A stretch of DNA of 64,000 nt, taken from assembly GCA_963693365.1 (NCBI GenBank), contig CAVNZM010000001.1, positions 1,814,907 to 1,878,906 of the forward strand, given 5' to 3'. Position 1 is the stretch's first letter; each line of letters begins with the position of its first letter. Under the pieces are notes generated by a model. The model did no database searches. It was not told the origin of the DNA and saw only the letters and a program-made list of their open reading frames with translations. The position numbers were made by a program, and so were the translations under genes. Origin of the DNA: Amoebidium appalachense. Taxonomy: Eukaryota > Protista > Ichthyosporea. Shown in pieces: positions 13,531 through 24,974 of this stretch.

Positions 13531-14235
13531 AACCGGCCGCCCCCGCACAGACCACTGCTGCCGGGGCCCACACTAGGACTAGAGAGCAGCACACGTTGCC
13601 GCTGTACATGCTCACGCGAGCAGCCCACACGGGCTAACGTTGCCAGACGTGCCTAGGTGCTTATAGCTACACAAACAACCCCAAAACACAACCCCACTTG
13701 GGTTTTGCAAAACTCATGAGCGCATCCGGTCTCAATGATCTGCGGTTCCTGGGCCTATTATTATAGCTAAAGTCTAGGGACCTACACGACTGACTATAGC
13801 GCTCACTGCGCTCAAAAGCTTTGGTCTTGGTCACTAGACCGACCTCACTTACGCGCGCCGCTTCTCTTAGAGGAAAAGACTGTTTGAGAGAAGCAAAAAA
13901 CGCGACTTTTATAGTCGCTTCTACAGGAAGAGATGTGTGATGCCGATCAGTCACACCATCTTCTTCCGATTGGTGGATAAAATGAGTATTTACCAAATAT
14001 ATCATTTATCGATTCAGGTCGGATCAGATCACTATGGGGTTTACGCTGTTTACTCGAGGCAAAGAGAAACCAGTCTCAGGTATGGGGGGGGGGGGGTTTG
14101 CTCGGAATATCCCCTCAGCGGTATATATCATGATCACGTACATAGATGTCGGGTGATGACTATATATCAGGGTTTACTTTCTCTACGAGACACCATAAAG
14201 ACTACAGGGAGAAATCAATTAGTTGGGGTTCCCCG

Positions 14236-14267
<32 letters not shown>

Positions 14268-14320
14268 GGGCTCCCCTGGGACACTCGGTATCAGCTGGTG
14301 TGTGTGTGTGTGTGTGTGTG

Positions 14321-14641
14321 TGTTGTTTTGTACGGGTCTAAGGGAGCAGAGTGCACAGAGGTGTCATGTAAAACACGACTAACACATTAATGAGAGGGCA
14401 ATCGGAGTTGTTCACGAGACATTGAAAGATTCAAACAACAACTGATTCTTTATTGTGCTCTCGGTTCCTTTTGTACTTGCGACTTATCACCTTATCACAA
14501 GTAAAGAGGGAGAACCAATCGGTTCTATCAGAAGATAGAAAAACACATTCCGACAGAGCATACGCATTCCAACTTCCGATTAAACTAAAGTTTTAGAAAC
14601 TCTTACTTAAATAAATTAAGTAATTATACATCTAGTCACTA
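14321..14641 (-). repeat. 3' part of LTR family D, adjoining a (TG)n tract and cut by the Ngaro-like element
   Basis: Reverse complement matches ~47459-47780. Confidence 0.85.
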
Positions 14642-15329
14642 TCTATGACAACTACTCCGGGACGTGTGTTGCCTCTAGGGGGACATCCCCTTGGACGAAA
14701 GTGAACCTGCAATGGTTGTAAACCACGGCAAGCCCCCAGTCATCAATTTATTGATCCGTGAGGTCCATGTGCCCAAAAAACGGGGGAAGTCTTCGCCCCG
14801 TGAAAAAAACAGCACGTATGTGTGGATCAATGGGGGTTGTGTGTGGGTGTAGGTGGGTGGGTGAACAGGAGTATATAGCTGTAAGGCTGTGGATGCTAAA
14901 CACAGAAGATGTGTTTGTAGCTTGCTGATCTGCTAAAAACTGTCGTGCTTATATACCTAAGCCTACCGATCTAAGCCAATCAAAACTCGATCTAGTGATA
15001 TGTGAAATCTGACCCGAGCCAATCATAACTCAGTATAGTGATCTGTGGTCACCTGATGTTTTGACTGGCTAATAGGTGTCCGTGTGCGGGGAGCCAACCG
15101 CTAACTGCTAAAACACGAAATGAAGCCTACATGGTTATGTTGGTATCGAACACCCATCCTACGTGTTTACCCAGAAAAATATTTATGTCAATAATTTCCA
15201 CAAATAAAAACCTCTATGACAACTACTCCGGGACGTGTGTTGCCTCTAGGGGGACATCCCCTTGGACGAAAGTGAACCTGCAATGGTTGTAAACCACGGC
15301 ACGAGAGCAGTATGCTTGCTCCAAAGGTT

Positions 15330-16361
15330 TCACTTAAGAATAGAGGCGAATACACGTGTGGTGGTGGCAGCAATGGAGGCCGGACGAAGTCGGGTATAGA
15401 TCAGGAAGCAGTCGGAGGACCACCGGCCGAGTTGTTTGATCCGGGAGTCGTCGACCCCGGCCTCAGCCAGTGCTGTGGCCCCCCCGATGCGGAGGCTGTG
15501 TCCGGCAAACCGGGAGGGTGAGAGGCCTGCCCGGGAGAGGAGGGCACGGAAATCGGCAGAGAAAGCACTCTTGGTGTAGGGGATGCCACCGAGACTGAAG
15601 AGGGGGTCGTCGGGTTGACCGGACGTTGTATTCAGGAACTGCCGGAGGAGATGGGCTGGGGAGAAGTGGGTGAGGGGCAGGGCAGCTAGAGTGACGTTGA
15701 CACCTCGGGCCTGTACATCCGTCTTAGAGGTTGGCAGGTGGAGGGTGGCATGGGACAAAGTACCGGTGGGGGTGTAGCTGAAGGTCACGTCCTTCCGTTT
15801 AACGTGCCGGGACGGGTCGAAAGAAGTCAGGGTCTTGGAGGTAAATTCCCCTGAACGGAGGAGACCACAGAAACCGACGATGAGGGCCGTCCATAGCCGG
15901 AGGTTGGCCGAGGAGGCCTTGGTGGGGCACTGGCCATGGAGTAGGCGGAGGTGGGAGGGGAGGAGGGGTTCCCTGGTGGATGAGCGGGGTCGGATGTTGT
16001 GAGAAAGCTGCCATCGGCCTACCCCCCGTAGGAACCAGGCCAGAGACTTGTCGTGGGGGTAGGGAGCAGGGAGGCCCATGTCGAGGTGGAGCCTGGTGAT
16101 GGCCGAATTGTAGCCGGTTAAGGAAGAGGCCTGTACCCTTCGTTGGGCACACCAGGCGAGAAAAAGTTGCACGGTGTGTGGGGAGGCCGGGAGGGAGGAC
16201 CCGGAGGAGGATTGCAGCCGAGATGCCACACAGAAATCGATGAACACCTTTTGCACCCGGGAGTAAAAGGCCCGAGAGTCGAGGTTGAGACTCAGGGCCT
16301 GGCATTCCTGCAGGGTAGTGGTGGCTCGAAGCAGCTCGGCCGGAGCAAAGTGGGGGGCCAA
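15330..16361 (-). CDS. Tyrosine recombinase of the Ngaro-like retrotransposon
   Basis: 343-aa open frame with catalytic residues: LRSGE, SKTD, GHSLRIGGAT, LGRW, FLIY; start codon uncertain. Confidence 0.92.
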   Translation of the reverse strand: MAPHFAPAELLRATTTLQECQALSLNLDSRAFYSRVQKVFIDFCVASRLQSSSGSSLPASPHTVQLFLAWCAQRRVQASSLTGYNSAITRLHLDMGLPAPYPHDKSLAWFLRGVGRWQLSHNIRPRSSTREPLLPSHLRLLHGQCPTKASSANLRLWTALIVGFCGLLRSGEFTSKTLTSFDPSRHVKRKDVTFSYTPTGTLSHATLHLPTSKTDVQARGVNVTLAALPLTHFSPAHLLRQFLNTTSGQPDDPLFSLGGIPYTKSAFSADFRALLSRAGLSPSRFAGHSLRIGGATALAEAGVDDSRIKQLGRWSSDCFLIYTRLRPASIAATTTRVFASILK

Positions 16362-16412
16362 TCTGCCAGTGTTGCTCCGGAACGGGAGATCTGGGGGGGG
16401 GGGGGGGGGGGG

Positions 16413-17064
16413 TTAGCCCAAGGGAAGGGATAGGAACTCGTGGACCCAGGAGGGGAAGGGGCAGGGCTCCGGTTGCAGGGAGGGTCGGAGTCGTCGGGCC
16501 CGGGGAAGTTGGTTACGAGAAATGGCATCGGCCAGATGGTTGAGGGGTCCTGGTAGGTAGGATGCCTGTAACGTAAATTGGTATTGCATTTCCATGCGGG
16601 TGATGAACCGAATAAGTTTGGCCATCACGGGGTGGGGGGAAGACCGGGAGTGCAGGTCAGACACAGCACCCGTGTTGTCGCATAAAATACGGACATGGTG
16701 GGTGGACCAGGAGGGGGCCCAGAGGGCCACGGCGGCTGCGATGGCCAGGAGTTCGATGACGGAACAACCGAGTTTACCCTCATGAGCATAGAGGGCTTGG
16801 GTGGAGGGGGACCAGGGCATGAAGAACCATTGGTCGAGCCAGTGGCCACCTAGACCCACCGATCCGGCAGCATCAGTGGCCAGGGTGGTGTATGTGGGGG
16901 GTGTGATGAGGTGCACCCCATTCCATGAGGTGAGGAACTGGTGCCATTCGGCTATGTCGGCCCGGGCGGCAGCAGTCAGTCGTATGTGGTGGTGGCCGGC
17001 AAGGTGTGGGTGGGTCCGGAGAAGGGCCCATAGGCGCTGGGAGAAGGCCCTCCCGGGGGGAACC
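16413..17064 (-). pseudogene. RNase H domain of the Ngaro-like pol, severed by the Copia insertion
   Basis: ATDAAG, IELLAI, ILCDNTGAV, YLPGPLNHLADAISR. Confidence 0.88.
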
Positions 17065-18429
17065 TGTTAAATTGTATAAGTATTTGGGATGTAAGCAGAG
17101 ACACAGTGGTGCAGTGTGAAAACACCACAGACACACACAACAACAAAACACGGAACGATCGGAGCAGTGTACACAACAGACATCAATGTTTAGACACGAC
17201 TGAACTTAATTTATTTTGATCGCTAATAAATACCTGAAATTCCCTTAAGTTAAATCCATACATGATTTCCGACCAGTCGGAAATCAGATCTATGTCTAAA
17301 ATAACCAATCATAATTAACTGATTATTTCCCGGATAGATCCGGAGACGCGGGAACACACACCATAGGTCACAGCTATAAGAAAGAAAAGAGGTGAAGAGT
17401 AACGAGGAAAGAGGTGGTGTTTCTAACCTATCATCGGCTACAAAGACTCAGACATTTTCTGACTAAGTCCACTGATTGGATATAGTACGGCAACACACAA
17501 AACAAAAGTGGTTGACTAAGCTATGAATCATACCTGACAAGCTAAAGTGTAACCTAAGTGTTTTTCTACCAATCAAAACATAACGAGTAATATAAATCTA
17601 CTCAACGTATATTAGTGAGAGAGAAATATAATTAAATGAAAGGAAACAAGAGAAGAAAGAAAGAGAAAAGAAAAGACGAAGAAAGAGGAAAAAGAAAAGA
17701 AAGCAGGACAGAAAACACGAACAGCAAAACACAGTTATAACCGAAGATATTCATGTACACATAACATGTACACGTGTCTCCCTCACTGGGTAGACTCGTG
17801 TACCTATAATCAGTTGCTGTAATCGATATCTAAACACACGAATATAGCCGACACAACACGATTACAAGTACTCAAATACACTGGAGATCGATGTCATAAT
17901 TTACGTACAAGGAGCACATCTTTTTCATTAAGTAAATGAATGAAAACATAACACGAACTGAGAAGATCTTACAATATGTAAATACTACGTATTATAACAT
18001 CCCCACTTAAGACTTTGAAGTTTGTGTTATCATATCCCCACTGAACTAGTGAAATCTCCCCACTTGAGAACAGAAACGGAAAAAAAAAAATTAAAGTGTG
18101 TACTTTTCCGGGGGGGGGGGGGGGGGGGGGGGAGAAGGGGGGGGGGGAGGGGGGGGGGGGAAGGGGGGGGGGGAAGGGGGGGGGGGAAGGGGGGGGGGGG
18201 GAGGGGGGGGAAGGAACCGGGGCAAAAACAACGAATATATATAACGTGTATAGGCGGTGTTTGATTAACTGGGTTTTAAACCAGTGAAAGATAGAGTAGA
18301 GTGATGGTACAGGTCAAACCTTATATATAAACCCTAAGTGGGCATACCCACAAAGGCAATACATATGATATAATGATGTTGATAAAGTAAGTAGTACACA
18401 TGAGAAAATCACTCTTGAAGTAGGTCGGG

Positions 18430-20346
18430 TCAATCCACAATATCCGGTAAACAAAGTCGAGCACGATGGTGGACATGACTCGGGCCGGGGAGGGGTTTGG
18501 TGAGTATGTCAGCTAAGTTGTGGGCTGACTCAACGTAGTGGACAACCACGTCCCCACTGGCAATGTAGTCCTTGGTGTTGTGATACCGGACGGCAATGTG
18601 TTTGGTACGGTGCTTGATGCCGGTGGAGTTGACGATGGCAATGGTCGACTGGTTGTCACAGTACACCGGAGTCGGAGCAAGCATGGGACAGCCGAGTTCC
18701 TTGAAGAGGTCACGGACCCAAGCAACTTCTTGGGTGCCAGCATTGAGAGCAATCAGCTCAGCTTCAGTGGTGCTGGTGGCCGTGATGGGCTGGAGCTTGG
18801 AGTACCAGATGACGGGCATACCAGCAAACACGATAATGTAGCCGGTGGTAGACTTCTTGCTGTCGGCACAACCAGCAAAGTCAGCATCCGTGTAGCATTC
18901 GAGTATGGGGGACTGGGTGGCCGAGTACTTGTAGTCAATGCCAAGGTCAATGGTGCCGAGCAGGTACCGGGCCACACGACGGAGAAGGTCCCAGTGAGTC
19001 TTGCCGGGGTTGGTGCTGAACCGACCAAGGAAGCCGATGGCATAGGCAATGTCGGGACGTGTGCACCGTGCCACCCAGAGGAGACGGCCGAGTAACTCAC
19101 GGTAGGGCACGGTGAACGGTTGGGGGGGGCAATCAGCCAGGGAGACGGTGGTGCCTGCAGGGATGGGGGTAGACTTGGACTTGGCATCGGTGAGGTTGAA
19201 GTCGTGGATGATATCCATGATGTAAGACCTCTGGTGCATGTGGAGGTGATGGGGATCAGAGTGATTAAAATCAACACCGAGCATACGGTCAAATGGACTC
19301 ATACGACAGCTGGCCATCTTGCTGATGTGGGCAGCCAGGTCACTGGCAGCAGTAGAACCCCGGGTGTTGGTGATGGTGGAGTCATCGACGTAGTTACCAG
19401 CCCGTACCACATCGTTGTTGGGGAAGAACCGGAGGTAGATGCACGGGTCGGTCTTAGTACGGGTCAGGCCATGGGCAAGAAGAATGCCGTCGAGGAAGTC
19501 GTACCAAGCCTTGGAGGCTTGCTTGAGGCCGTACAGGGCTTTCTTGAGTCTCCAGACCTTGCCAAGTGTGGCCATGGTGATGAATCCCGGGGGTTGTTTC
19601 ATGTAGATGGTCTCGGTGAGTGGGCTGTTGAGAAAGGCCGTAGACACGTCGAGTTGATGTATGTCATGACCTTCAACAACGGCCAGAGCTAGGATGGCAC
19701 GGAGAGCAGCCGGACGGATGACAGGGCTCTCAATCAACTCATAGTCAACACCGTATTGCTGACTGAAGCCTTGAGCAACACCACGTGCCTTGATCTTGGT
19801 GTCACCAGCCGAGTTGAGAGTTTTCTCGGAGACAATCCACTTGAAGCCGACGATGTTAGCACCAGGGGGAGGGTCAACAAGTTCAAAGATGTCTTTGTCG
19901 ACGAAGGCTTGATACTCAGCAGTCAGGGCTGACTTGACCTGATCACCATTGGGTCCGGAACAGAGTTGACGGACAAGTTTGGGTAGTTGGTCGATGTTGA
20001 TGGGGGGACCGGGGGGGACTGGCAGGGTGGTGGTGGCTTGAAGTCCAACCTTGCCCTGGAGACGGGCAGAACGACGGGGTGCAGGAACCGGGGTAGGTGG
20101 AGACGGTGGGGGGGGAACTTGGAAGTTCGGAAGTGCAGGGGGGGCAACCTCCGGGCTGGACGGGGCCGAGTGGAAGTTGTCGGGGGAGCCGGGTCGGATG
20201 GGTGTGACGTTGCCAGGGGCAGGATGAGGGTCGGCAGGCTGGACGGGCACGGGGGCAGGGGGGCCGGTGGGGGGGGGGTGTCGGGGGAACGACGATGGCA
20301 GGAGGGGGGCCAGAGTACACCAGACAAACATCATCTTCAGTGTCAA
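18430..20346 (-). CDS. Copia RT-RNase H frame (copy 2)
   Basis: KARGVAQGF, QLDVSTAFL, LKKALYGLKQA, YVDD, YTDADFA, TEAE, CDNQS, ADILTK. Confidence 0.92.
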   Translation of the reverse strand: MTLKMMFVWCTLAPLLPSSFPRHPPPTGPPAPVPVQPADPHPAPGNVTPIRPGSPDNFHSAPSSPEVAPPALPNFQVPPPPSPPTPVPAPRRSARLQGKVGLQATTTLPVPPGPPINIDQLPKLVRQLCSGPNGDQVKSALTAEYQAFVDKDIFELVDPPPGANIVGFKWIVSEKTLNSAGDTKIKARGVAQGFSQQYGVDYELIESPVIRPAALRAILALAVVEGHDIHQLDVSTAFLNSPLTETIYMKQPPGFITMATLGKVWRLKKALYGLKQASKAWYDFLDGILLAHGLTRTKTDPCIYLRFFPNNDVVRAGNYVDDSTITNTRGSTAASDLAAHISKMASCRMSPFDRMLGVDFNHSDPHHLHMHQRSYIMDIIHDFNLTDAKSKSTPIPAGTTVSLADCPPQPFTVPYRELLGRLLWVARCTRPDIAYAIGFLGRFSTNPGKTHWDLLRRVARYLLGTIDLGIDYKYSATQSPILECYTDADFAGCADSKKSTTGYIIVFAGMPVIWYSKLQPITATSTTEAELIALNAGTQEVAWVRDLFKELGCPMLAPTPVYCDNQSTIAIVNSTGIKHRTKHIAVRYHNTKDYIASGDVVVHYVESAHNLADILTKPLPGPSHVHHRARLCLPDIVD

Positions 20347-22837
20347 CTGTGGGGGGTGGGGTGGTCGAGGTAGCAGTGGTGTCGGGGGTCGGAAGGGTTG
20401 ATGGAATGTCGGACGGGAGATAAGCTGATTCGTCGAAAATCACATCACGGAAGAGGCCGACACGATGGGTGGTGGCATTGAAGATCCGGTGGCAGTGTGA
20501 TTGAAGATCATAGCCGATATACATGCCGAGTTTGACGGTGGGGGCCAGCTTGTTCCGTTTAGAGGCTGGCACGTGAGTGTAGGCAGGGCAACCGAACACT
20601 TTGAGCTCGGAGATGTCGGGCTTGACACCGTAGAAAACCTCGAATGGTGTACGACCATTGGCAGTCGTGGACGGGGTGACGTTGATGATGTAGGCGGCAT
20701 GTTGGAGGGCCTCAGCCCACAGTTTGGGAGACAGAGACTGATCTTGGACTTGATGGAGGAGGCAACGGACAATCTCTTGGAGGAACCGCATACGTCGTTC
20801 AACATAGCCGTTCAGTTGAGGGCAGTCCACCGGAGCATAGCTGGCCTTGATGCCCTGGGAGAGGCAAAAAGCACGGGTATCCTTGGAGGTGAACTCAGAG
20901 CCGGAGTCGAAGTGGTAAACACCAACTTTGGAGGGGGCATGGGTGGCAACGAGGTTGGTGTGAGCTGTGAGAATATCCAGGGTGGTGGTACGGTCGGCCA
21001 TCGGGTAGATCTTGACGAGGCCAGAGGCACGGCAGACAGTGACGAGAGCAACCTTGGAACCTCCGTACGATGTTGTGGTAGGCTCAAAAAAATCCCAATG
21101 CCATTCATGACCGGGGATGTTGGAGTGAGGACGGTCACCCCTGAACGGAGCCTTGGTGGTCTTACCCATAATGCAGCCATGACAATCAGGAACATCACAG
21201 TCGAGGACAGAGGAGGGGAGACCAATAACAAGGTCGTGTTTCACCATGTCCTTGATGCTGGTCATAGCTCGGTGCCCCAGACGATGGTGCCAGATGGATG
21301 GGTTAACACTGGTAGTGGCAGCCAGAGCCACAGGACGAGTGGGTGGTTGAATGGTGTAGTCCTTGAAGTAATACAGACCGTTGTGTAGACGGAGGTTGAC
21401 GAGATGACGGCCGGTGAGTCGGTCGAAGAGGAATGACGGAGTGGAGGCATCGTTCAAATCACCCTTGATGTATTCGGCAGCAGCTTGGGATGTTGAAATG
21501 AGGAAGGCTTGGCCAGACGGGGTGTAGTAGGCTTCAATGGTTAGGGTGGTAGTGCCATGGTCGGTGGTGGTGTTGATGACGATATGGCCGGTGTGAGTGG
21601 CCAAGACGGGGGTGCCATTGAAGGCAGCAACGGGAGTCGGTGTCGGAAGGGGAGTGAGGTCATGGAAGAACTCACGGGTGGGGCAAACAGTCATGTTGCA
21701 CCCGGAATCCCAGGCAGGGTCGGAGGACACGGGGACGGAGCTAGCATTGTATGCCGAGAAAGCAAAGGAGACAGATTTCTCACTGCCTTGACGGGAACGG
21801 TTGTGTCTGGACATACGGCATTTCGGCTCAGGGCAATCGATGATCGTGTGATCAGGCTCGTGGCAGTAGGAGCATTCTTTCACGGACGGGGTGTTAGAAC
21901 GAGCCGGGGAATCAGAACGACGGGAACCCGAGAAACGGGAACGACTGGGGGAACGAGACGTGGACCGGAAGGCAGGCCGGTGGGGGGAACGGGATCGGGT
22001 GTGCTGACGGGAGAGACGAGTTCGGAGGTCCGTGCCAGAGGTACGGTCAAGTCGGGTGCGTAAGTCACGGCGAGGAAGATCACGGGGGGGAGCACTGGCA
22101 TTTAATGCCATGCTGGACTTGGAGGCACGGTGGGCACGGTTGTTCCGGAGTTGCATCTTGAGGTCTTGACGTAACTCGATGCCCTTGACGTGGTTATGGA
22201 GGGACTCGAAGTCGGGGAATAGCTTATCACCGAAGTGATAGTCTTCGATAAGACGATTGAACTCAGGGGTGAGGTCGTCTCTGGTGGTGAGTTCATTGAA
22301 GAACTTCTCAGCTAGACGAGTGAAGTGAATGGACTCATCTTGGAGAGACTGGAGCTGGTTCACGATGGTCTGCAGACGGCTCAGGTAGGTGGTGAATGAT
22401 TCACCGGGCTGAAGGGCACAGGCATCCCACTGACGGTGAAGGATGCGGATCTGATCGGGTTTGCCTTGGAGATAGTGTTGACGGAATTTCCACATGGCCC
22501 GTTCAGGGTCCATGCCAATACGGTACTGGGCAACGGTGGTGAGGACGGAAGGGTCGATGTTCTGTATCATATGGAGCAGGAGGCAATTGCGGGCCTCTTT
22601 GAGTTCCGCGGTAGTGCCGTAGCCATAGAAGGGGGGTTCACCGTCAACCGCGACGGTGGTAGGGGGGACGTAGTTGTCAGCAAGGACAACATCCACGAGT
22701 CGGACACCTTTAGTGCCGGTCATCATGCCGAGAAAAATGATTTCCCATTGAAAATAGGTAGTTTTGCTATCGGGACCAGTCTTCCCTTCACCTTTCCACA
22801 TGGTGATTTTGTTTACGCCAGTTTTGTTTGGATCCAT
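19943..22837 (-). CDS. Copia Gag-protease-integrase frame (copy 2)
   Basis: Same motifs as copy 1; leaves the polyprotein frame at a C10 tract near 20270. Confidence 0.9.
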   Translation of the reverse strand: MDPNKTGVNKITMWKGEGKTGPDSKTTYFQWEIIFLGMMTGTKGVRLVDVVLADNYVPPTTVAVDGEPPFYGYGTTAELKEARNCLLLHMIQNIDPSVLTTVAQYRIGMDPERAMWKFRQHYLQGKPDQIRILHRQWDACALQPGESFTTYLSRLQTIVNQLQSLQDESIHFTRLAEKFFNELTTRDDLTPEFNRLIEDYHFGDKLFPDFESLHNHVKGIELRQDLKMQLRNNRAHRASKSSMALNASAPPRDLPRRDLRTRLDRTSGTDLRTRLSRQHTRSRSPHRPAFRSTSRSPSRSRFSGSRRSDSPARSNTPSVKECSYCHEPDHTIIDCPEPKCRMSRHNRSRQGSEKSVSFAFSAYNASSVPVSSDPAWDSGCNMTVCPTREFFHDLTPLPTPTPVAAFNGTPVLATHTGHIVINTTTDHGTTTLTIEAYYTPSGQAFLISTSQAAAEYIKGDLNDASTPSFLFDRLTGRHLVNLRLHNGLYYFKDYTIQPPTRPVALAATTSVNPSIWHHRLGHRAMTSIKDMVKHDLVIGLPSSVLDCDVPDCHGCIMGKTTKAPFRGDRPHSNIPGHEWHWDFFEPTTTSYGGSKVALVTVCRASGLVKIYPMADRTTTLDILTAHTNLVATHAPSKVGVYHFDSGSEFTSKDTRAFCLSQGIKASYAPVDCPQLNGYVERRMRFLQEIVRCLLHQVQDQSLSPKLWAEALQHAAYIINVTPSTTANGRTPFEVFYGVKPDISELKVFGCPAYTHVPASKRNKLAPTVKLGMYIGYDLQSHCHRIFNATTHRVGLFRDVIFDESAYLPSDIPSTLPTPDTTATSTTPPPTVDTEDDVCLVYSGPPPAIVVPPTPPPHRPPCPRARPACRPSSCPWQRHTHPTRLPRQLPLGPVQPGGCPPCTSELPSSPPTVSTYPGSCTPSFCPSPGQGWTSSHHHPASPPRSPHQHRPTTQTCPSTLFRTQW

Positions 22838-24059
22838 GATTGAAAAACGAGCGCGAGTTCTAGATGTGTGTAGGGAGCGTGCAAAAGGGCTGCATAACCT
22901 GTTAAATTGTATAAGTATTTGGGATGTAAGCAGAGACACAGTGGTGCAGTGTGAAAACACCACAGACACACACAACAACAAAACACGGAACGATCGGAGC
23001 AGTGTACACAACAGACATCAATGTTTAGACACGACTGAACTTAATTTATTTTGATCGCTAATAAATACCTGAAATTCCCTTAAGTTAAATCCATAATGAT
23101 CCGACAGTGGAAACAGACATGTCTAAAATAACCAAATAATTAACTGATTATTCCCGGATAGATCCGGAGAGCGGGAACACACCAAGGTCACAGCTATAAG
23201 AAAGAAAAGAAAGAGAGAGTTGTTTTAACCTATCATCGGCTACAAAGACCAGACATTTCTGACTAAGTCCACTGATTGAATAGTACGGCAACACACAAAA
23301 AAATGACAAGCATACATACCTGACAACAAAGGTACCTAAGTGTTTCTACCAATCAAAAAAAGAGTAATATAAATCTACTCAAGAATAGTGAGAGAGAAAT
23401 ATATTAAATGAAAGGAAACAAGAGAAGAAAGAAAGAGAAAAGAAAAGACGAAGAAAGAGGAAAAAGAAAAGAAAGCAGGACAGAAAACACGAACAGCAAA
23501 ACACAGAAACCGAAAACAACACATAAATACACGTGTCTCCCTCACTGGGTAGACCGGAAAATCAGCAACGAAAAAAAAAAGCCGACACAAAACAAGACAA
23601 AAAGCAAAGAAAAAAAAAAAAAAAAGAAAAAGTGAGAGTTGTGTAGTGAGGAGACCAGAAACACGATGAGGCGTCATAGCGGAGTGGCGAGAGGCTGGTG
23701 GGGACTCATGTACGGGAGAGAGATGGGAGTGGTGGTTGGGGGGGGGGAGGAGTGGGAGGAGGAGGGGGAGGGGGGGGGGGGAGGGCTGGAGGAGGCGGAG
23801 GGGGAGGGGAGAAGGAGCAGAGGAGGGTGACGGAGACAGTGGGGAGAAAGGGAAGAGGCGAAGGAGGGGGGGGGGAGGAGGAGGGAGGGGGAGGGAAGGG
23901 AGGAGAGGGGGGGACCAAAGAAGGGGGGGAGAGGGGGAGGGGGGGGGGGAACCAGCTGGGCACACAAGGAGGAGGAGGCCGAAGGGATGTGGGTTTGGGT
24001 GGGAAGGAGGTGAGTAGGTCCGAGAGCTTGGAAGCCGGGATTCGTGCCTCCATGCGAGG

Positions 24060-24850
24060 AGCGACGAACCGAGAAGACGACACGGGTAGCCGGGCCCTGC
24101 ATCTTGTCTTCGGAGATGGCAATGTGCAGCTCTCGGCAGAGTTGCAGGAAGGTGGATAGGTGACGTTGGCACTGCTCTTGTGTGGGGGCGACTATAATCC
24201 AGTCGTCTACGTAGTGGCGGATGAGGGTAATACGTGCTGGTGTGCCAGCCACTGTAGGGTGGCCGCGATCCGTTCCCAGATGGCTGGGCTAGATTTCAGG
24301 CCGAAGGGCAGTCTGGTTTCAACGTAAAAATGCCCCAGCCATTTGAATGCCATTAAGTGATGGTCTTCCGGTCGGATGGGCATGTGCCGGAAGGCAGCCT
24401 GCACATCTGCCACGGCCATGTAGCAGCCGGGGCCTGCGTCGAGAATGAGTGGGTGACATCCCGGGCGCGAAAGAGTGTCGGGGAGGTGATGCTGTCAGAC
24501 ACTGCTACCCCGGGGCCAGGAGAGGTGGTGGATTCGACGGTACTTGGGGGGGTTCCTTCTTGGTAACGGCGCCGATGGGGGAGGAACGGGGACCGGAAAT
24601 CGTCAAAGAATTGGACCGGGGAGAGGGGGCCGCGCAGGTGGCCGAGGGCGACTTCTTTGGCAATATCCGCCGTGATAGCGGCAGCTGCCTCCGGGGTGGT
24701 GGGTAGGTTGGGGCCCACCCGAGAGGTGGAGGGGCCGCGATAGCCGAGTCGACGCCGATCGACATCGTGGAGGAGTTGTGCGGCGAATGATTGGTCCGGG
24801 TAGGAGGCCAGCAGTTCCCGGAGGCGGGAGGTGTCAATGTGGTGCTGGGG
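24060..24850 (-). pseudogene. RT domain of the Ngaro-like element, frameshifted
   Basis: ADVQAAFRHMPI, RLPFGLKSSPAIW, HYVDDWII spread over several frames. Confidence 0.85.
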
Positions 24851-24928
24851 CAGCGGGCGGGCCTCCGGGTCTGAGCCTCGGGGGAAGGGGGGAGCAAGGG
24901 TGGGGCACCCTCGGGGAGATCCCGGCAG

Positions 24929-24974
<46 letters not shown>

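Larger units (their letters stand above)
9159..14007 (-). mobile_element. DIRS/PAT-type retrotransposon with split direct repeats; RT-RNaseH-MT only, ~3.0 kb after removing two solo LTRs
   Basis: Repeat A at 13871-14007 recurs at 9499-10572 (split by a solo LTR); repeat B ATTTTAGACACCAAACTG at 9159-9176 and 10569-10586; ATTT at both ends and at the internal A/B junction. Confidence 0.8.
17065..23640 (-). mobile_element. Copia-A copy 2 with subtype A' LTRs (3' LTR 17065-17999; 5' LTR from 22900, degraded, end approximate)
   Basis: PPT at 18000-18008; PBS adjoining 22899; complete internal region. Confidence 0.93.

Noticed and set aside
15330-16361. Phage or integron integrase
   Set aside because: Lies downstream of DIRS-type RNase H with split direct repeats in eukaryotic context
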